Source: Macrostomum lignano
Lineage: Eukaryota
Reading direction: 5' to 3'
Length of the DNA stretch: 64,000 bases
NCBI GenBank assembly: GCA_002269645.1
Contig: NIVC01000691.1
Span: 186,001-250,000 of the forward strand
Shown here: positions 26,801-41,200 of the stretch, piece by piece
How positions within the stretch are numbered: the stretch's first letter is position 1
Layout: the number at the start of each line of letters is the position of its first letter
The notes under the pieces: generated by a model
Database searches by the model: none
Told to the model about the DNA's origin: nothing
What the model saw: the letters and a program-made list of their open reading frames with translations, nothing else
Made by a program: the position numbers and the translations under genes

Positions 26801-29113
26801 GATACTATAGTATGGGGATCAAATAGGGATTTTTTATGATGGGATCTCATATGGAGTCGTGGGATCTTAGTTGGGTTCATAGCATCTCATGTGGGATCAT
26901 GGGGTCTTATGTGGGATCATGGGATCTCATTTGGGATCATGGGGTCTCATTTGGGATAATGGGATCTCATTTGGGATCATGGGATCTCATTTGGGATCAT
27001 GGGGTCTCATTTGGGATCATGGGATCTCATTTGGGATCATGGGATCTCATTTGGGATCATGGGGTCTTATGTGGGATCATGGAATCTCATTTGGGATCAT
27101 GGGGTCTTATGTGGGATCATGGAATCTCATTTGGGATCATGGGGTCTTATGTGGGATCATGGAATCTCATTTGGGATCATGGGGTCTTATGTGGGATCAT
27201 GGAATCTCATTTGGGATCATGGGGTCTTATGTGGGATCATGGAATCTCATTTGGGATCATGGGGTCTTATGTGGGATCATGGAATCTCATTTGGGATCAT
27301 GGGGTCTTATGTGGGATCATGGAATCTCATTTGGGATCATGGGGTCTTATGTGGGATCATGGAATCTCATTTGGGATCATGGGGTCTTATGTGGGATCAT
27401 GGAATCTCATTTGGGATCATGGGGTCTTATGTGGGATCATGGAATCTCATTTGGGATCATGGGGTCTTATGTGGGATCATGGAATCTCATTTGGGATCAT
27501 GGGGTCTTATGTGGGATCATGGAATCTCATTTGGGATCATGGGGTCTTATGTGGGATCATGGAATCTCATTTGGGATCATGGGGTCTTATGTGGGATCAT
27601 GGAATCTCATTTGGGATCATGGGGTCTTATGTGGGATCATGGAATCTCATTTGGGATCATGGGGTCTTATGTGGGATCATGGAATCTCATTTGGGATCAT
27701 GGGGTCTCACATGTACATGTATGTGGGATTATGACTAATGAGATATCATGTAGGAACATGGGATAGAATCTCATATGAGATCGTTGGATGGGATCAAATG
27801 TTTGATGAATGATTGGGTCAGGATTAAATGTGATATCATGTTGATAATGTATAGATATAATGAGTACGATTATAGCTAGCTATGCCATATTTTGAGTATT
27901 TTATAGTACATGTACATGTGTGATGAGTACACATGTACATATGCAAGAAGCCAACTGTCATTTTTATATTTGCATATATGCTTTCAATAGCATTCTACCC
28001 TACTGCCTGTTATTGCAGCTCTTCTTCCACAAGATTGTCGTCGTGTACTTTCTTGCCATGCTAGGCCTGTTCTTCTATGTCAGCAAATTTCCTGAGTGCA
28101 TTCTGCCTGGTGAGTTTCGCTTGCCTCTGAGGGGGGTATCACCGCGTGCTTGCAGCCGCCAGTTGCTGGGCCAGCTTCCCAGATCCTCAGTTGCTGGGCC
28201 AGCCTCCCAGATCCTCAGTTGCTGGGCCAGCCTCCCAGATCCTCAGTTTCTGGGCTACCAGCCTCCCAGATCCTCAGTTGCTGGGCCAGCCTCCCAGATC
28301 CTCAGTTGCTTGGCCAGCCTCCCAGATCCTCAGTTGCTGTGTTACCAGCCTCCCAGATCCTCAGTTTCTGTGTTACCAGCCTCCCAGATCCTCAGTTGCT
28401 GTGTTACCAGCCTCCCAGATCCTCAGTTGCTGGGCCAGCCTCCCAGATCCTCAGTTTCTGGGCTACCAGCCTCCCAGATCCTCAGTTGCTGGGCCAGCCT
28501 CCCAGATCCTCAGTTGCTTGGCCAGCCTCCCAGAGTGTCAGTTGCTGGGCTACCAGCCTCCCAGATCCTCAGTTGCTGGGCCAGCCTCCCAGATCCTCAG
28601 TTGCTGGGCCAGCCTCCCAGATCCTCAGTTTCTGGGCTACCAGCCTCCCAGATCCTCAGTTGCTGGGCCAGCCTCCCAGATCCTCAGTTGCTTGGCCAGC
28701 CTCCCAGATCCTCAGTTGCTGTGTTACCAGCCTCCCAGATCCTCAGTTGCTGTGTTACCAGCCTCCCAGATCCTCAGTTGCTGGGCCAGCCTCCCAGATC
28801 CTCAGTTGCTGGGCCAGCCTCCCAGATCCTCAGTTGCTGGGCCAGCCTCCCAGATCCTCAGTTGCTGGGCCAGCCTCCCAGATCCTCAGTTGCTTGGCCA
28901 GCCTCCCAGAGTGTCAGTTGCTGGGCTACCAGCCTCCCAGATCCTCAATTGCTCTAATATTAAACTCACCCATCGCCCTCAGGCAAAGTTGACTACATCG
29001 GTTCATCGCACCAGTGGTGGCACGCCGTGGTCACTTTCGCCTTACTGTACTGGCACAATGCCGGAGGCGAGATGCTGCAATACCGCACGTCCAGTATGGG
29101 CAGCTGCGAGTGA
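23819..29113 (+). CDS. PAQR3: Progestin and adipoQ receptor family member 3-like, 6 exons, 346 aa
   Basis: Exons 23819-24123, 24428-24590, 24697-24849, 26507-26704, 28019-28109, 28983-29113, all GT-AG and phase-consistent (1041 nt). Motifs HIREGY, NETINIWSH, SSGYHTFKCHSE, SKFPE..PG.VDYIGSSHQWWH. Confidence 0.9.
24170..24365. repeat. 28-bp minisatellite in PAQR3 intron 1
   Basis: Unit gccagcctcccagatcctcagttgctgg, ~7 copies. Confidence 0.9.
24875..26060. repeat. 30-bp minisatellite in PAQR3 intron 3
   Basis: Unit gtgagagttccgtagcttaaatctcatggg, roughly 38-40 copies. Confidence 0.95.
26840..27710. repeat. 40-bp (2 x 20-bp) minisatellite in PAQR3 intron 4
   Basis: Alternating gggatcatggggtcttatgt / gggatcatggaatctcattt. 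Confidence 0.95.
28155..28950. repeat. 28-31 bp minisatellite in PAQR3 intron 5 (same family as intron 1)
   Basis: gccagcctcccagatcctcagttgctgg with ctacc/tgttacc variants. Confidence 0.95.
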
Positions 29114-29866
29114 CCTAAATATCGTTTTTTATTCTTCTGCACCACGGTAGCTAAATGAATACTACTTATCCCTATTGGAATCCTCAGTAGTACAGCAGGA
29201 GTGTCTGTTATTCATTTATTAAAAACTCCGTCCTTCTTTGCACAGTGAACTGAAGTTCTCACTGCTCCACACTCTCAGCTTTGCGCTGCAATTTTTAACT
29301 CAATTTTTGCTTTTAAACCAATTGAAATTGGATAACAGCTGAACTCTGTGCGTGAAAATGGGCTTACTTGTGGCTTAACTTGACTCTGATTTATTAATTT
29401 CTTTTAACGCGACTTTATTTTAAATATACATATAATTTTTTATCTTTTTCCAGACTGACTACTTGTAGTAACAAAGAAACGCTAGTAGATTTCTATTATT
29501 AAAAGAACACGGGACAAATGAAAAATGTCCGGATTTTATGTTGGTTTCACTCAATAAAATGACTCGCTAATTTTCTGAGCTTTTTCTTATTTATTTTTTT
29601 GACATGAAATTTCAATTTCATAAAATATTTTTGATGCTACTGGGTTAACGCATCAGCATCAGTAGTATATAGCAGAAATGGAGAGCATTATTATGCCGCA
29701 TCTACAGAAAATATTAATAATATATAGAACTAACTGAAAGTAATCAATAACCAAGGTTTACAATAATACATACATAGTGCCGATATGTATCGAAATAAAC
29801 TTAACCAATAGCTAATACAATATAAAACAAAATACAGTTCGAGGTCAAATGTACCATCTATATGAA

Positions 29867-32800
29867 TCAGTTAAGCACTGGACTGGCTGTTAGTTTGTTC
29901 AGGCCGGCTTTGAAAACTCTAATATCGTCGATAAAGTCAATACCAGGCGCGTAGGCAGCTGTGGAACCCTTGGGCTGCTTGGCCAACCTGCTTGGCGGCT
30001 TTGACGGCTTGGCGTAAACCAGCGGCAGAGAGTAGCCGGCCGTGCCGCCTTCGTGCAGCACCTTGCGCTGCGAGCCTTCGATCTGGAAATGGAGATTAAC
30101 AGGGGCGATTCTTAGGGATGAGTAGATATGATTCTCATGGATGAGTAGATATGATCCTCATTGTCATGGATGAGTAGATATAATTTTTATAGATGAGTAG
30201 ACACAATTCAGATGGATGAGGAGATATGATTCTCATGCATGAGTAGATATGATTCTCATGGATGAGTAGACATGGGGGTCGTACTATAAAGCTGTCGTAG
30301 CGTAAGTTCGATCGTACGTCGGAACTTTTACACGGCGGAGATAGAAAGTAAGAACGATCTTATCTTACGATGGCTTTATAGAACGGGCCCATGGTTCTCA
30401 AGAATGAGTAGACATGTTTCTCAAGAATGAGTAGACATGTTTCTCAAGAATGAGTAGATATGATTCTCATGGATGAATAGACATGGTTCTCAATAATGAG
30501 TAGATATGGTTCTCCACACGAGCACCCATCAAATAAGTAACCAAACCAGACCAACCTCATAGACAAAGGACCTTCTAGACAGGCTCATGACCTGCTTATA
30601 GAACGGCTCCAACTCTTTCAACGTCAGCTGTTGTAAAATCTGCGCCTCGCGAACTCGCCGATCGAAAAGCAGGTCGCCCTCGTCAATTTCCTCCCAGTAA
30701 CGGTCCGCCTCATCAGCCATCACAGAATCTTCGGCCAGTTTCCGGTCAACCACAGCTTTAACATAGTTGGCAAACTGGTCTGGCTTCAACTTGCGCAAGA
30801 AATTATCGAGAAAGTGCAGCGCGAACTTGTTAACCATGGTTTGCACTTTGTCCATGCTGCACTGGTCCGCCTGGCTGGCAACCAGCAGGCGGAAGCTGAG
30901 ACAGCTGCGCCGTCTGTAGGCCTGGCAGTGCACCTGGTAGCCAAGCTGGTGCTTGGTGCGCAGGAAGTCAAAGCAGGGCTCCCACATGATGTGCTGCGGG
31001 TGGGGATCTGGCGTTTGTCAAACAATGGCAGTCATCCGCTTAGATTTAACAGATTAGCGGTAGGATCAAACGGATTAGGGTAAGATCAAATGGATTAGCG
31101 GTAGGATTAACCGGATTAGCGGTAGGATTAACCGGATTAGGGTAAGATCAAACAGATTAGCGGTAGGATCAAACGGATTAGCGGTAGGATCAAACGGATT
31201 AGGGTAAGATCAAACGGATTAGCGGTAGGATTAACCGGATTAGCGGTAGGATCAAACGGATTAGGGTAAGAACAAATGGATTAGCGGTCGGATTAACCGG
31301 ATTAGCGGTAGGATCAACCGGCTTGCCGCTTAGCTGTAAGATCAACCGGATTAACGAAAAGATAAACCGGATTAGTGGTAGGATCAGCCGAATTAGCGAA
31401 TAGATCAACCGAATTAGTGGTAGGATCAACCCGATTAGCGGTAGGATCAACCGGATTAGCGGTAGGATCAACCGGATTAGCGGTAGGATCAACCGGATTA
31501 GCGGTAAGATCAACCGGATTAACAGTTAGACTAAACGGATTAGCGATTAGATCAAGTTTAGATTAGCGGTAAAATACAAGGGATGGGCAGTTCGATGAAA
31601 AGTGCAGTTTGGCAATCAGAACCCCACAGCTTACCAGCAGCAAATCAGCAAAGGCCATGTCGCGCAAGCTGGGTGGAAACGGGAACTGAACCTCTTCAAC
31701 AAGCAGGCTATTGACGTCGCCGCGTCGCATACCGCGCAGTCGAACTCCGTGCCGACCAGGCGGCATGGCCTCGAATTCGTGCTGAAATATGGAATGAAAA
31801 AAGGAAAACATTCTAAACTACTAATTAGTAGATTAGGCTTAATAGCCATTTTCGGAAATATTTTGTTGGTTATGGAAACGAAATTTCATACTTTCTACTA
31901 ATCACAGTAGTATTATTAGTAAAACGATCTAAAAATATGAAAATAAATTTTTCACTACAGCTTGATCTATATTATCAATATTTCGTTGTTTCTACTCATC
32001 AAAGTAGTCTGTTGAGAATATCCTTAGTATTTTAGTATTTTTTAGCGTTTTTTGCAGTAAAATAATTTTTTTCTTTTACTACTGACTTCAGTAGTAAAAC
32101 CAAAATCTGATCAGTATAATAAAACAGTACCTTCAATTGGATTGCCTGAGCATCTGGTGGCAGAATTGCCAAAGTACGTTTGAAGTACTCTTTAGCATCC
32201 TGAAATTAAAAAAAATATTTATTGAATAGGAAGAATGTAATTCTTTAATGCACTATCATGCACAGATAATCAAAAATAGAATATTTTCCCACCTGCGGCA
32301 AGCAGTTGCCATGCACGTAGACTTTAAAGAACACGCGCGACAGCAGGCTCTTGTGAAATTCCGCCACGTCAGCCAAGCTGACCGGCTCCAGGCACTGCAG
32401 CTGGTCGCTGGCCAAATAGCGCTGCGGCTCCGTAAGGAAGTGGCGAACATTGCTGAGGGTTTGCGGCATTGCGAAGGTGACAGTCAGTGAATCAGCCATG
32501 GTAGAAAACGAAGAAATGCTGAATGAGTTTACGAGTGGAGAGGGAGGACAGACGAGAGAAAGGAGATACAGAGACAGAGAGACGATGGAGGGGAGAAAGA
32601 AGGGAGAGGGGAGAAGGAAGAGAGGGGAGAAGGAAGAGAGGGGAGAAGGGAGAGAGGGGAGAAGGAAGAGAGGGGTGAAGGGAGAGAGGGGAGAAGGAAG
32701 AGAGGGGAGAAGGAAGAGAGGGGAGAAGGGAGAGAGGGGAGAAGGAAGAGAGGGGTGAAGGGAGAGAGGGGAGAAGGAAGAGAGGGGAGAAGGAAGAGAG

Positions 32801-35131
32801 GGGAGAAGGGAGAGAGGGGAGAAGGAAGAGAGGGGTGAAGGGAGAGAGGGGTGAAGGGAGAGAGGGAGAAGGGAGAGAGGGGAGAAGGGAGAGAGGGGAG
32901 AAGGAAGAGAGGGGAGAAGGGAGAGAGGGGAGAAGGGAGAGAGGGGAGAAGGGAGAGAGGGGAGAAGGGAGAGAGGGGAGAAGGGAGAGAGGGGAGAAGG
33001 AAGAGAGGGGAGAAGGAAGAGAGGGGAGAAGGAAGAGAGGGGAGAAGGGAGAGAGGGGAGAAGGAAGAGAGGGGTGAAGGGAGAGAGGGGTGAAGGGAGA
33101 GAGGGGAGAAGGGAGAGAGGGGAGAAGGGAGAGAGGGAGAAGGAAGAGAGGGGAGAAGGGAGAGAGGGGAGAAGGGAGAGAGGGGAGAAGGGAGAGAGGG
33201 GAGAAGGGAGAGAGGGGAGAAGGAAGAGAGGGGAGAAGGGAGAGAGGGGAGAAGGGAGAGAGGGGAGAAGGGAGAGAGGGGAGAAGGGAGAGAGGGGAGA
33301 AGGAGAGAGGGGAGAAGGGAGAGAGGGGAGAAGGGAGAGAGGGGAGAAGGGAGAGAGGGGAGAAGGGAGAGAGGGGAGAAGGGAGAGAGGGGAGAAGGGA
33401 GAGAGGGGAGAAGGAAGAGAGAGGGGAGAAGGGAGAGAGGGGAGAAGGGAGAGAGGGGAGAAGGGAGAGAGGGGAGAAGGGAGAGAGGGGAGAAGGGAGA
33501 GAGGGGAGAAGGGAGAGAGGGGAGAAAGAAGGGAGAGGGGAGAAGGGAGAGAGGGGAGAAAGAAGGGAGAGGGGAGAAGGGAGAGAGGGGAGAAAGAAGG
33601 GAGAGGGAGAAGGGAGAGGGGAGAAGGGAGAGAGAGGAGAAGGGAGAGGAGAGGAACTGAAGAGATGCTAAAAACACTCCACAAGAGACAACTGAGCACA
33701 TCAAAAGCAGCAGCTCATCACCTGGCGAACCGCTTAGCAGAGAACAGGTCATTAGCCAGCAGTTTCCGAATCTCCTCTTTGGCCGATTCGAAATTCAGGG
33801 AAGAATCCCCGGCTTGAAGCAGCAAGCCAAATTGCTCCAATTTGCTCAGAATGGTTGAGTACAGAACCTTCAAGTAGTGTTTTTGAACGGTTCCAAATTA
33901 CAGGCCCACTACTTATAAGTAGCATAAAAGTATGATTAGCAAGCAGAACAAAGAAATAAAAAATCCTTACAAATAATTTGTCATTGAATCCTTCCAAATC
34001 GAAGATGATGGCAAACGGTTCCGATTGGACAATATCGTAGCTGCAATCGGCAAATTTTGTTGTCACGTATAGCGACAGGTCTGTCTCTGAGAAGAACACT
34101 GTTGAGTGATTTATTGTTGGCCTGACGAAGAGCCCAGAGCTGAGGCTTGAAACTGGTTGCCATTTTTTAGAACTCAATACAATGTGACCTCCTCTCTCTC
34201 TCTCTCTCTCTCTCACTCCACTCTCTGTCTCTCAATCCTCTCTCCCTCTCCCTCTCACAGCATTCCCCTCCCTCTCACACCATTCCCCTCCCTCTCACAC
34301 CATTCCCCTCACTCTCACACCATTCCCCTCCCTCTCACACTATTCCCCTCCCTCTCACACCATTCCCCTCCCTCTCACACCATTCCCCTCCCTCTCACAC
34401 CATTCCCCTCCCTCTCACACCATTCCCCTCCCTCTCACACTATTCCCCTCCCTCTCACACCATTCCCCTCCCTCTCACACTATTCCCCTCCCTCTCACAC
34501 CATTCCCCTCCCTGTCACACCATTCCCCTCCCTCTCACACCATTCCCCTCCCTCTCACACCATTCCCCTCCCTCTCACACTATTCCCCTCCCTCTCACAC
34601 CATTCCCCTCCCTCTCACACCATTCCCTCCCTCTCACACTATTCCCCTCCCTCTCACACCATTCCCCTCCCTCTCACACCATTCCCCTCCCTCTCACACC
34701 ATTCCCCTCCCTCTCACACCATTCCCCTCCCTCTCCTACTCTCCCTCTCTCACTTCTCTTTTATTCAAAGCCGTTCAAAACCTAAGCTTTCTGGTACCAA
34801 CAATACACTCCGTATTGACAGTGTAAACATGCTCCCACAGTAGACAGTGTCCAAGTAAAACAGAGTCAGCAAAGCTCCTTAGCCATGCTCGACAAACAGG
34901 CTGCTAAAAATCTTCGTGTAGCACAGCTGAAAGGTGCGCAGCAAAAAAAGAATGAGACAAAAAATCCAAAAAGTCGAAACTCACCTCAGACCGGCCTCGT
35001 TGGCAGCGTACGCGTCTCGATGCAGCTGGAAGTTGAGCATGTACAGCCATACCTGCACCACTGTGGAGCTGGCAGGGGGCAGGGGGAGCGTGGGGATCAT
35101 TGGGATTGCGAATTAAGTGGCTGGAGTATTG

Positions 35132-35198
<67 letters not shown>

Positions 35199-35224
35199 AA
35201 GACAGACAGACAGACAGACAGACC

Positions 35225-35284
<60 letters not shown>

Positions 35285-38200
35285 CACAGACAGACAGACA
35301 GACAGACAGACACACAGTTCATACCTTTTCAGAGTTTCAGGAATGGCGGGCGACTCCAGGCTCACTCGCACAACCGCTGCAACAGTTGGATGGGAGCGGC
35401 AATGAGGTAGCGGAGTCTTGTGTCTGAAAAGCAACTGAATAAAAATCAATAAAAGCAGAAAAGAAAGTTTTTACCCAGGCCTTACCTCGAGGCGTTTTAA
35501 ACTGTCTGTCTTTGAAGTAAAACAGCTCTCCAAATCTGTCCAATTTAGGGTCATCTAGTGTCAGACGCACCGGAAACTGTTTTCAAAGCGAAGTGAAAAT
35601 ATGAGATCTTATAACTAATTTAAATTTAGGCAGCCGTATACCTATCAAATTTTTGCAATCTAATCCTAACTCGCAACAATTCATGATCCCCAAATCCCAA
35701 CCATTTATGATCCCCAAATCCCAACCATTTATAATCCCCAAATCCCAACCATTTATAATCCCTAAATCCCAACCATTTATGATCCCCAAATCCCCACCAT
35801 TTATAATCTCCAAATCCCAACCATTTATAATCCCCAAATCCCAACCATTTATAATCCCTAAATCCCAACCATTTATAATCTCCAAATCCCAACCATTTAT
35901 AATCTCCAAATCCCAACCATTTATAATCCCCAAATCCCAACCATTTATAATCACCAAAACACAACCATTTATAATCCCTAAATCCCAACCATTTATGATC
36001 CCCAAATCCCCACCATTTATAATCCCCAAATCCCAACCATTTATAATCCCCAAATCCCCACCATTTATAATCCCCAAATCCCAACCATTTATGATCCCCA
36101 AATCCCAACCATTTATGATCCCCAAATCCCAACCATTTATAATCCCCAAATCCCAACTATTTATAATCCTCAAATCCCAACCATTTATAATCCCCAAATC
36201 CCCACCATTTATAATCCCTAAATCCCAACCATTTATAATCCCCAAATCCCAACTATTTATAATCCTCAAATCCCAACCATTTATAATCCCCAAATCACCA
36301 CCATTTATAATCCCCAAATCCCAACTATTTATAATCCTCAAATCCCAACCATTTATAATCCCTAAATCCCAACCATTTATAATCTCCAAATCCCAACTAT
36401 TTATAATCCCTAAATCCCAACCATTTATAATCTCTAAATCCCAACTATTTATAATCTCCAAATCCCAACCATTTATAATCCCTAAATCCCAACCATTTAT
36501 AATCTCCAAATCCCAACTATTTATAATCCCTAAATCCCAACCATTTATGATCCCCAAATCCCAACTATTTATAATCCCCAAATCCCAATCATTTATAATC
36601 CCTAAATCCCAACCATTTATGATCCCCAAATCCCAACTATTTATAATCCCTAAATCCCAACCATTTATAATCCCCAAATCCCAACCATTTATAATCTCCA
36701 AATCCCAACCATTTATAATCCCCAAATCCCAACTATTTATAATCCCCAAATCCCAACCATTTATAATCCCCAAATCCCAACTATTTATAATCCCCAAATC
36801 CCAACCATTTATAATCCTCAAATCCCAACCATTTATAATCCCTAAATCCCAACCATTTATAATCCCCAAATCCCAACCATTTATAATCTCCAAATCCCAA
36901 CCATTTATAATCCCCAAATCCCAACCATTTATAATCCCCAAATCCCAACTATTTATAATCCTCAAATCCCAACTATTTATAATCCTCAAATCCCAACCAT
37001 TTATAATCCCCAAATCCCAACTATTTATAATCCCCAAATCCCAACCATTTATAATCCCCAAATCCCAACTATTTATAATCCTCAAATCCCAACTATTTAT
37101 AATCCTCAAATCCCAACCATTTATAATCCCTAAATCCCAACCATTTATAATCCCTAAATCCCAACCATTTATAATCTCCAAATCCCAACCATTTATAATC
37201 CCCAAATCCCAACTATTTATAATCCTCAAATCCCAACCATTCATGATCCCCAAATCCCAGCCATTTATGATTCCCAAATCCCAACCATTTATGATTCCCA
37301 AATCCCAACTATTATAATCTCTAAATCCCAACCATTTATAATCCCTAAATCCCAACCATTTATAATCACCAAATCCCAACCATTTTTGATCCCCGAATCC
37401 CAACCATTTTTGATCCCCAAATCCCAACTATTATAATCTCTAAATCCCAATCGAAAGCACTCCAATTTGACCCTTACTTGAGGCACAACCGACAGACCCA
37501 GCTCAGCGTAGGCCTGCTCAGCCGAAGGCACATCAAACCGAGTCGCTATGAACGGGTTAGGGGGTGGCATGTGCAACCCATAGTCTGCCAGGAGTTGAGC
37601 ATCCGGTGAGTCAACGCAGTTCTGCCAGTCGGCCAGACAGACGGGGTCCGGTGGCAGCTCGGAGTACCGGATCTGATCATGGCATTTATACAGATGAAAT
37701 TAATTGAAATTTTGTTTAGAGTATATGACTCCTGAAAATAACTTCTTGAATCTTGAATGACCCGCGATAGATAGCCAGTGACCCAATCGCAATGTCACTT
37801 ATTAAACACAGCCAGTGACTTAATCACAATTTCACTTATTAAACACACACAGCCAGTGACCCAATCGCAATGTCACTTATTAAACACAGCCAGTGACTTA
37901 ATCACAATGTCACTTATTAAACACACACACCCAGTGACCCAACCACAATATCACTTATTAAACAGAGCCAGTGATCCAATCACAATGTCACTTATTAAAC
38001 ACACACAGCCAGGGACCCAATCGCAATGTCACTTATTAAGCACACACAGCCAGTGACCCAATCGCAATGTCACTTATTAAACACAGCCAGTGACCTAATC
38101 ACAATGTCACTTATTAAACACAGCCAGTGACCCAATCACAATGTCACTTATTAAACACAGCCAATGACCTAATCACAATGTCACTTATTAAACACAGCCA

Positions 38201-41200
38201 GTGACCCAATCACAATGTCACTTATTAAACACACACAGCCAGTGACCCAATCACAATGTCACTTATTAAACACAGCCAGTGACCGAATCACAATTTCACT
38301 TATTAAACACACACAGCCAGTGACCCAACCACAATATCACTTATTAAACACAGCCAGTGACCTAATCACAATGTCACTTATTAAACACAGCCAGTGACCC
38401 AATCACAATGTCACTTATTAAACACAGCCAATGACCTAATCACAATGTCACTTATTAAACACAGCCAGTGACCTAATCACAATGTCACTTATTAAACACA
38501 GCCAGTGACCCAATCACAATATCAATTATTAAACACACACAGCCAGCAGTGACCCAATCACAACGTCACTTATTAAACACACACAGCCAGTGACCCACCT
38601 CAAACCAGTCCGTGACCCGGTCGCAAGCGGACTCAAACGACCTGGACGCCAGCAGCAGGCAGGCATTCTCAGGCCTCAGACAGCGCCAATAATCGCGCAC
38701 AGCCTCTGCGTCGTACCGATGCGGTACCCGATGATCACCCAGCAACCAAAATCGAGGCGGCAGGCGGCTCATACTCAGACTGAGCGTCTCAACACTATCC
38801 GCTGGTTCCGCCTCTTCGGCGAATCGAAAATCTGCCCGCTCTACCAGCTGCAACTCGTCAAATATTCGACGAATCTGATCGAGATTCGCGCCCATCATGC
38901 CGATGTAAGCGTACACTAAACGGACAACTCTACGCCAGTCTAGCAATCCTTTTGGCGTCAATTTCAAGCTGAGCTCCATCAACGTTAACCAGGCATTGTC
39001 GTACAGGCCGCAGCCGGTGTGCACCCCGGCCACCAGCTCGACGGCGAGGCCTTCGCGACGGAGACAGTCGGCGAGACTGCCGGCGCCTTCGTGTGCGAGG
39101 CAGAACCCAATCAGCCGGTGGGTCTGCTCCAGGTGCCGGTCTCGGGCTGGCGGGCAGGGCCAGGCCAGGCGGAACCGGTCAACCTGCTTAACGGGCAGCA
39201 GGCAGTACACTCGGCCTAGGAACCCATCGCCGAACACTGCCGGCCCGCCGGTTGCTAAGGGCCGCTCCGGGCTGGCGGTGCGAGGACCTGCGGAGTGATG
39301 AGAGTGGGAGAACTGCAGGCATTCTTTGCATTCTAGATTATGGATCTAGGAGGCTGGCCCAGCAACTGAGGATCTGGAAGGCTGGCCCAGCAACTGAGGA
39401 TCTGTGAGGCTGGCCCAGCAACTGAGGATTTGGGAGGCTGCCTGGTTCAAGCTAAGGATCTGAGAGGGTGAAGGCATGACCTTACAGTTTGACTCTAGCA
39501 ACGGGACAGTCTGACCCTAGCAACGGCACAGTCTGACCCTAGCAACGAGACAGTCTGACCCTAGCAACGAGACAGTCTGACCCTAGCAACACACAGTCTG
39601 ACCCTAGCAACGAGACAGTCTGACCCTAGCAACACACAGTCTGACCCTAGCAATCAGCATAGTCTGATCCTAGCAACGAGACAGTCTGACCCTAGCAACG
39701 AGACAGTCTGACCCTAGCAACGAGACAGTCTGACCCTAGCAACACACAGTCTGACCCTAGCAACACACAGTCTGACCCTAGCAACACACAGTCTGACCCT
39801 AGCAATCAGCATAGTCTGATCCTAGCAACGAGACAGTCTGACCCTAGCAACGAGACAGTCTGACCCTAGCAACACACAGTCTGACCCTAGCAACACATAG
39901 TCTGACCCTAGCAACACACAGTCTGACCCTAGCAATCAGCATAGTCTGACCCTAGCAATCAGCATAGTCTGACCCTAGCAACGAGACAGTCTGACCCTAG
40001 CAACGAGACAGTCTGACCCTAGCAACACACAGTCTGACCCTAGTAACACACAGTCTGACCCTAGCAACACACAGTCTGAACCTAGCAACACACAGTCTGA
40101 CCCTAGTAACACACAGTCTGACCCTAGCAACACACAGTCTGACCCTAGCAATCAGCATAGTCTGACCCTAGCAACGAGACAGTCTGACCCTAGCAACGCA
40201 GTCTGAGCCTAAAACTGCCATACCCGGAGGCAGTCCATCAAAGGCGACCCTGGCGGCGGCCTCCATTGCGTCCAAACTGAGGCGACTTTGCAGGGCGGCG
40301 GTCATGTTCCCCGCCCGGTAGTGCACCCGCCGGAACTCCTCCAGCTTAGATCTGACATCAATATTCGCTGTTCGAGGCTGATCCCACAGCGAAACTTTGT
40401 TACCCCATTTGAAGCCGCTTAAAGGATGGCCTGGCGAGGTCAAGCAGCCAGTGAAAAACTCCAACTGGCTTTGCAGACTGCAGCAGGCCTGTTCGAACTC
40501 GCTGTGTACCGCTTGCACCTGCAAGGTTAGTTTGATGACAAACATAACGGAGTTATAAAATTTCTTACATTTTATGTGTTGAGTTCGGGAGTTGGGACGC
40601 GACTTCATGTGTTGGGATCGGATTCCAGGTGTCAGATGTGGGATAAAGATGGGATCCCAGGTGTATAATAAGGATGGGATCCCAGGTGTAGGATAAGGAT
40701 AAGGATGGGATCCCAGGTGTAGGATAAGGATGGGATCCCAGGTGTAGGATAAGGATAAGGATGGGATCCCAAGTGTAGGATAAGGATAAGGATGGGATCC
40801 CAAGTGTAGGATAAGGATAAGGATGGGATCCCAGGTGAAGGATAAGGATGGGATCCCAGGTGTAGGATAAGGATAAGGATGGGATCCCAGGTGTAGGATA
40901 AGGATAAGGATGGGATCCCAGGTGTAGGATAAGGATAAGGATGGGATCCCAGGTGTAGGATAAGGATAAGGATGGGATCCCAGGTGTAGGATAAGGATAA
41001 GGATGGGATCCCAGGTGTAGGATAAGGATGGGATCCCAGGTGTAGGATAAGGATGGGATCCCAGGTGCAGGATAAGGATGGGATCCCAGGTGTAGGATAA
41101 GGATGGAATCTCAGGTGAAGGATAAGGATGGAATCCCAGGTGTCGGGAAGAAGCTCACAGCACCGGTGACCAGTTCCGCATACCTCTCGCTCCAGGCTAT

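Noticed and set aside
26836-28992. Long ORFs of 255-345 aa in PAQR3 introns
   Set aside because: Translations of stop-free tandem repeats inside introns of a phase-consistent gene.
32245-37427. ORFs of 400-614 aa ([26 protein letters not shown] repeats)
   Set aside because: Minisatellite read-throughs within NRDC introns; open on both strands, no unique domain.
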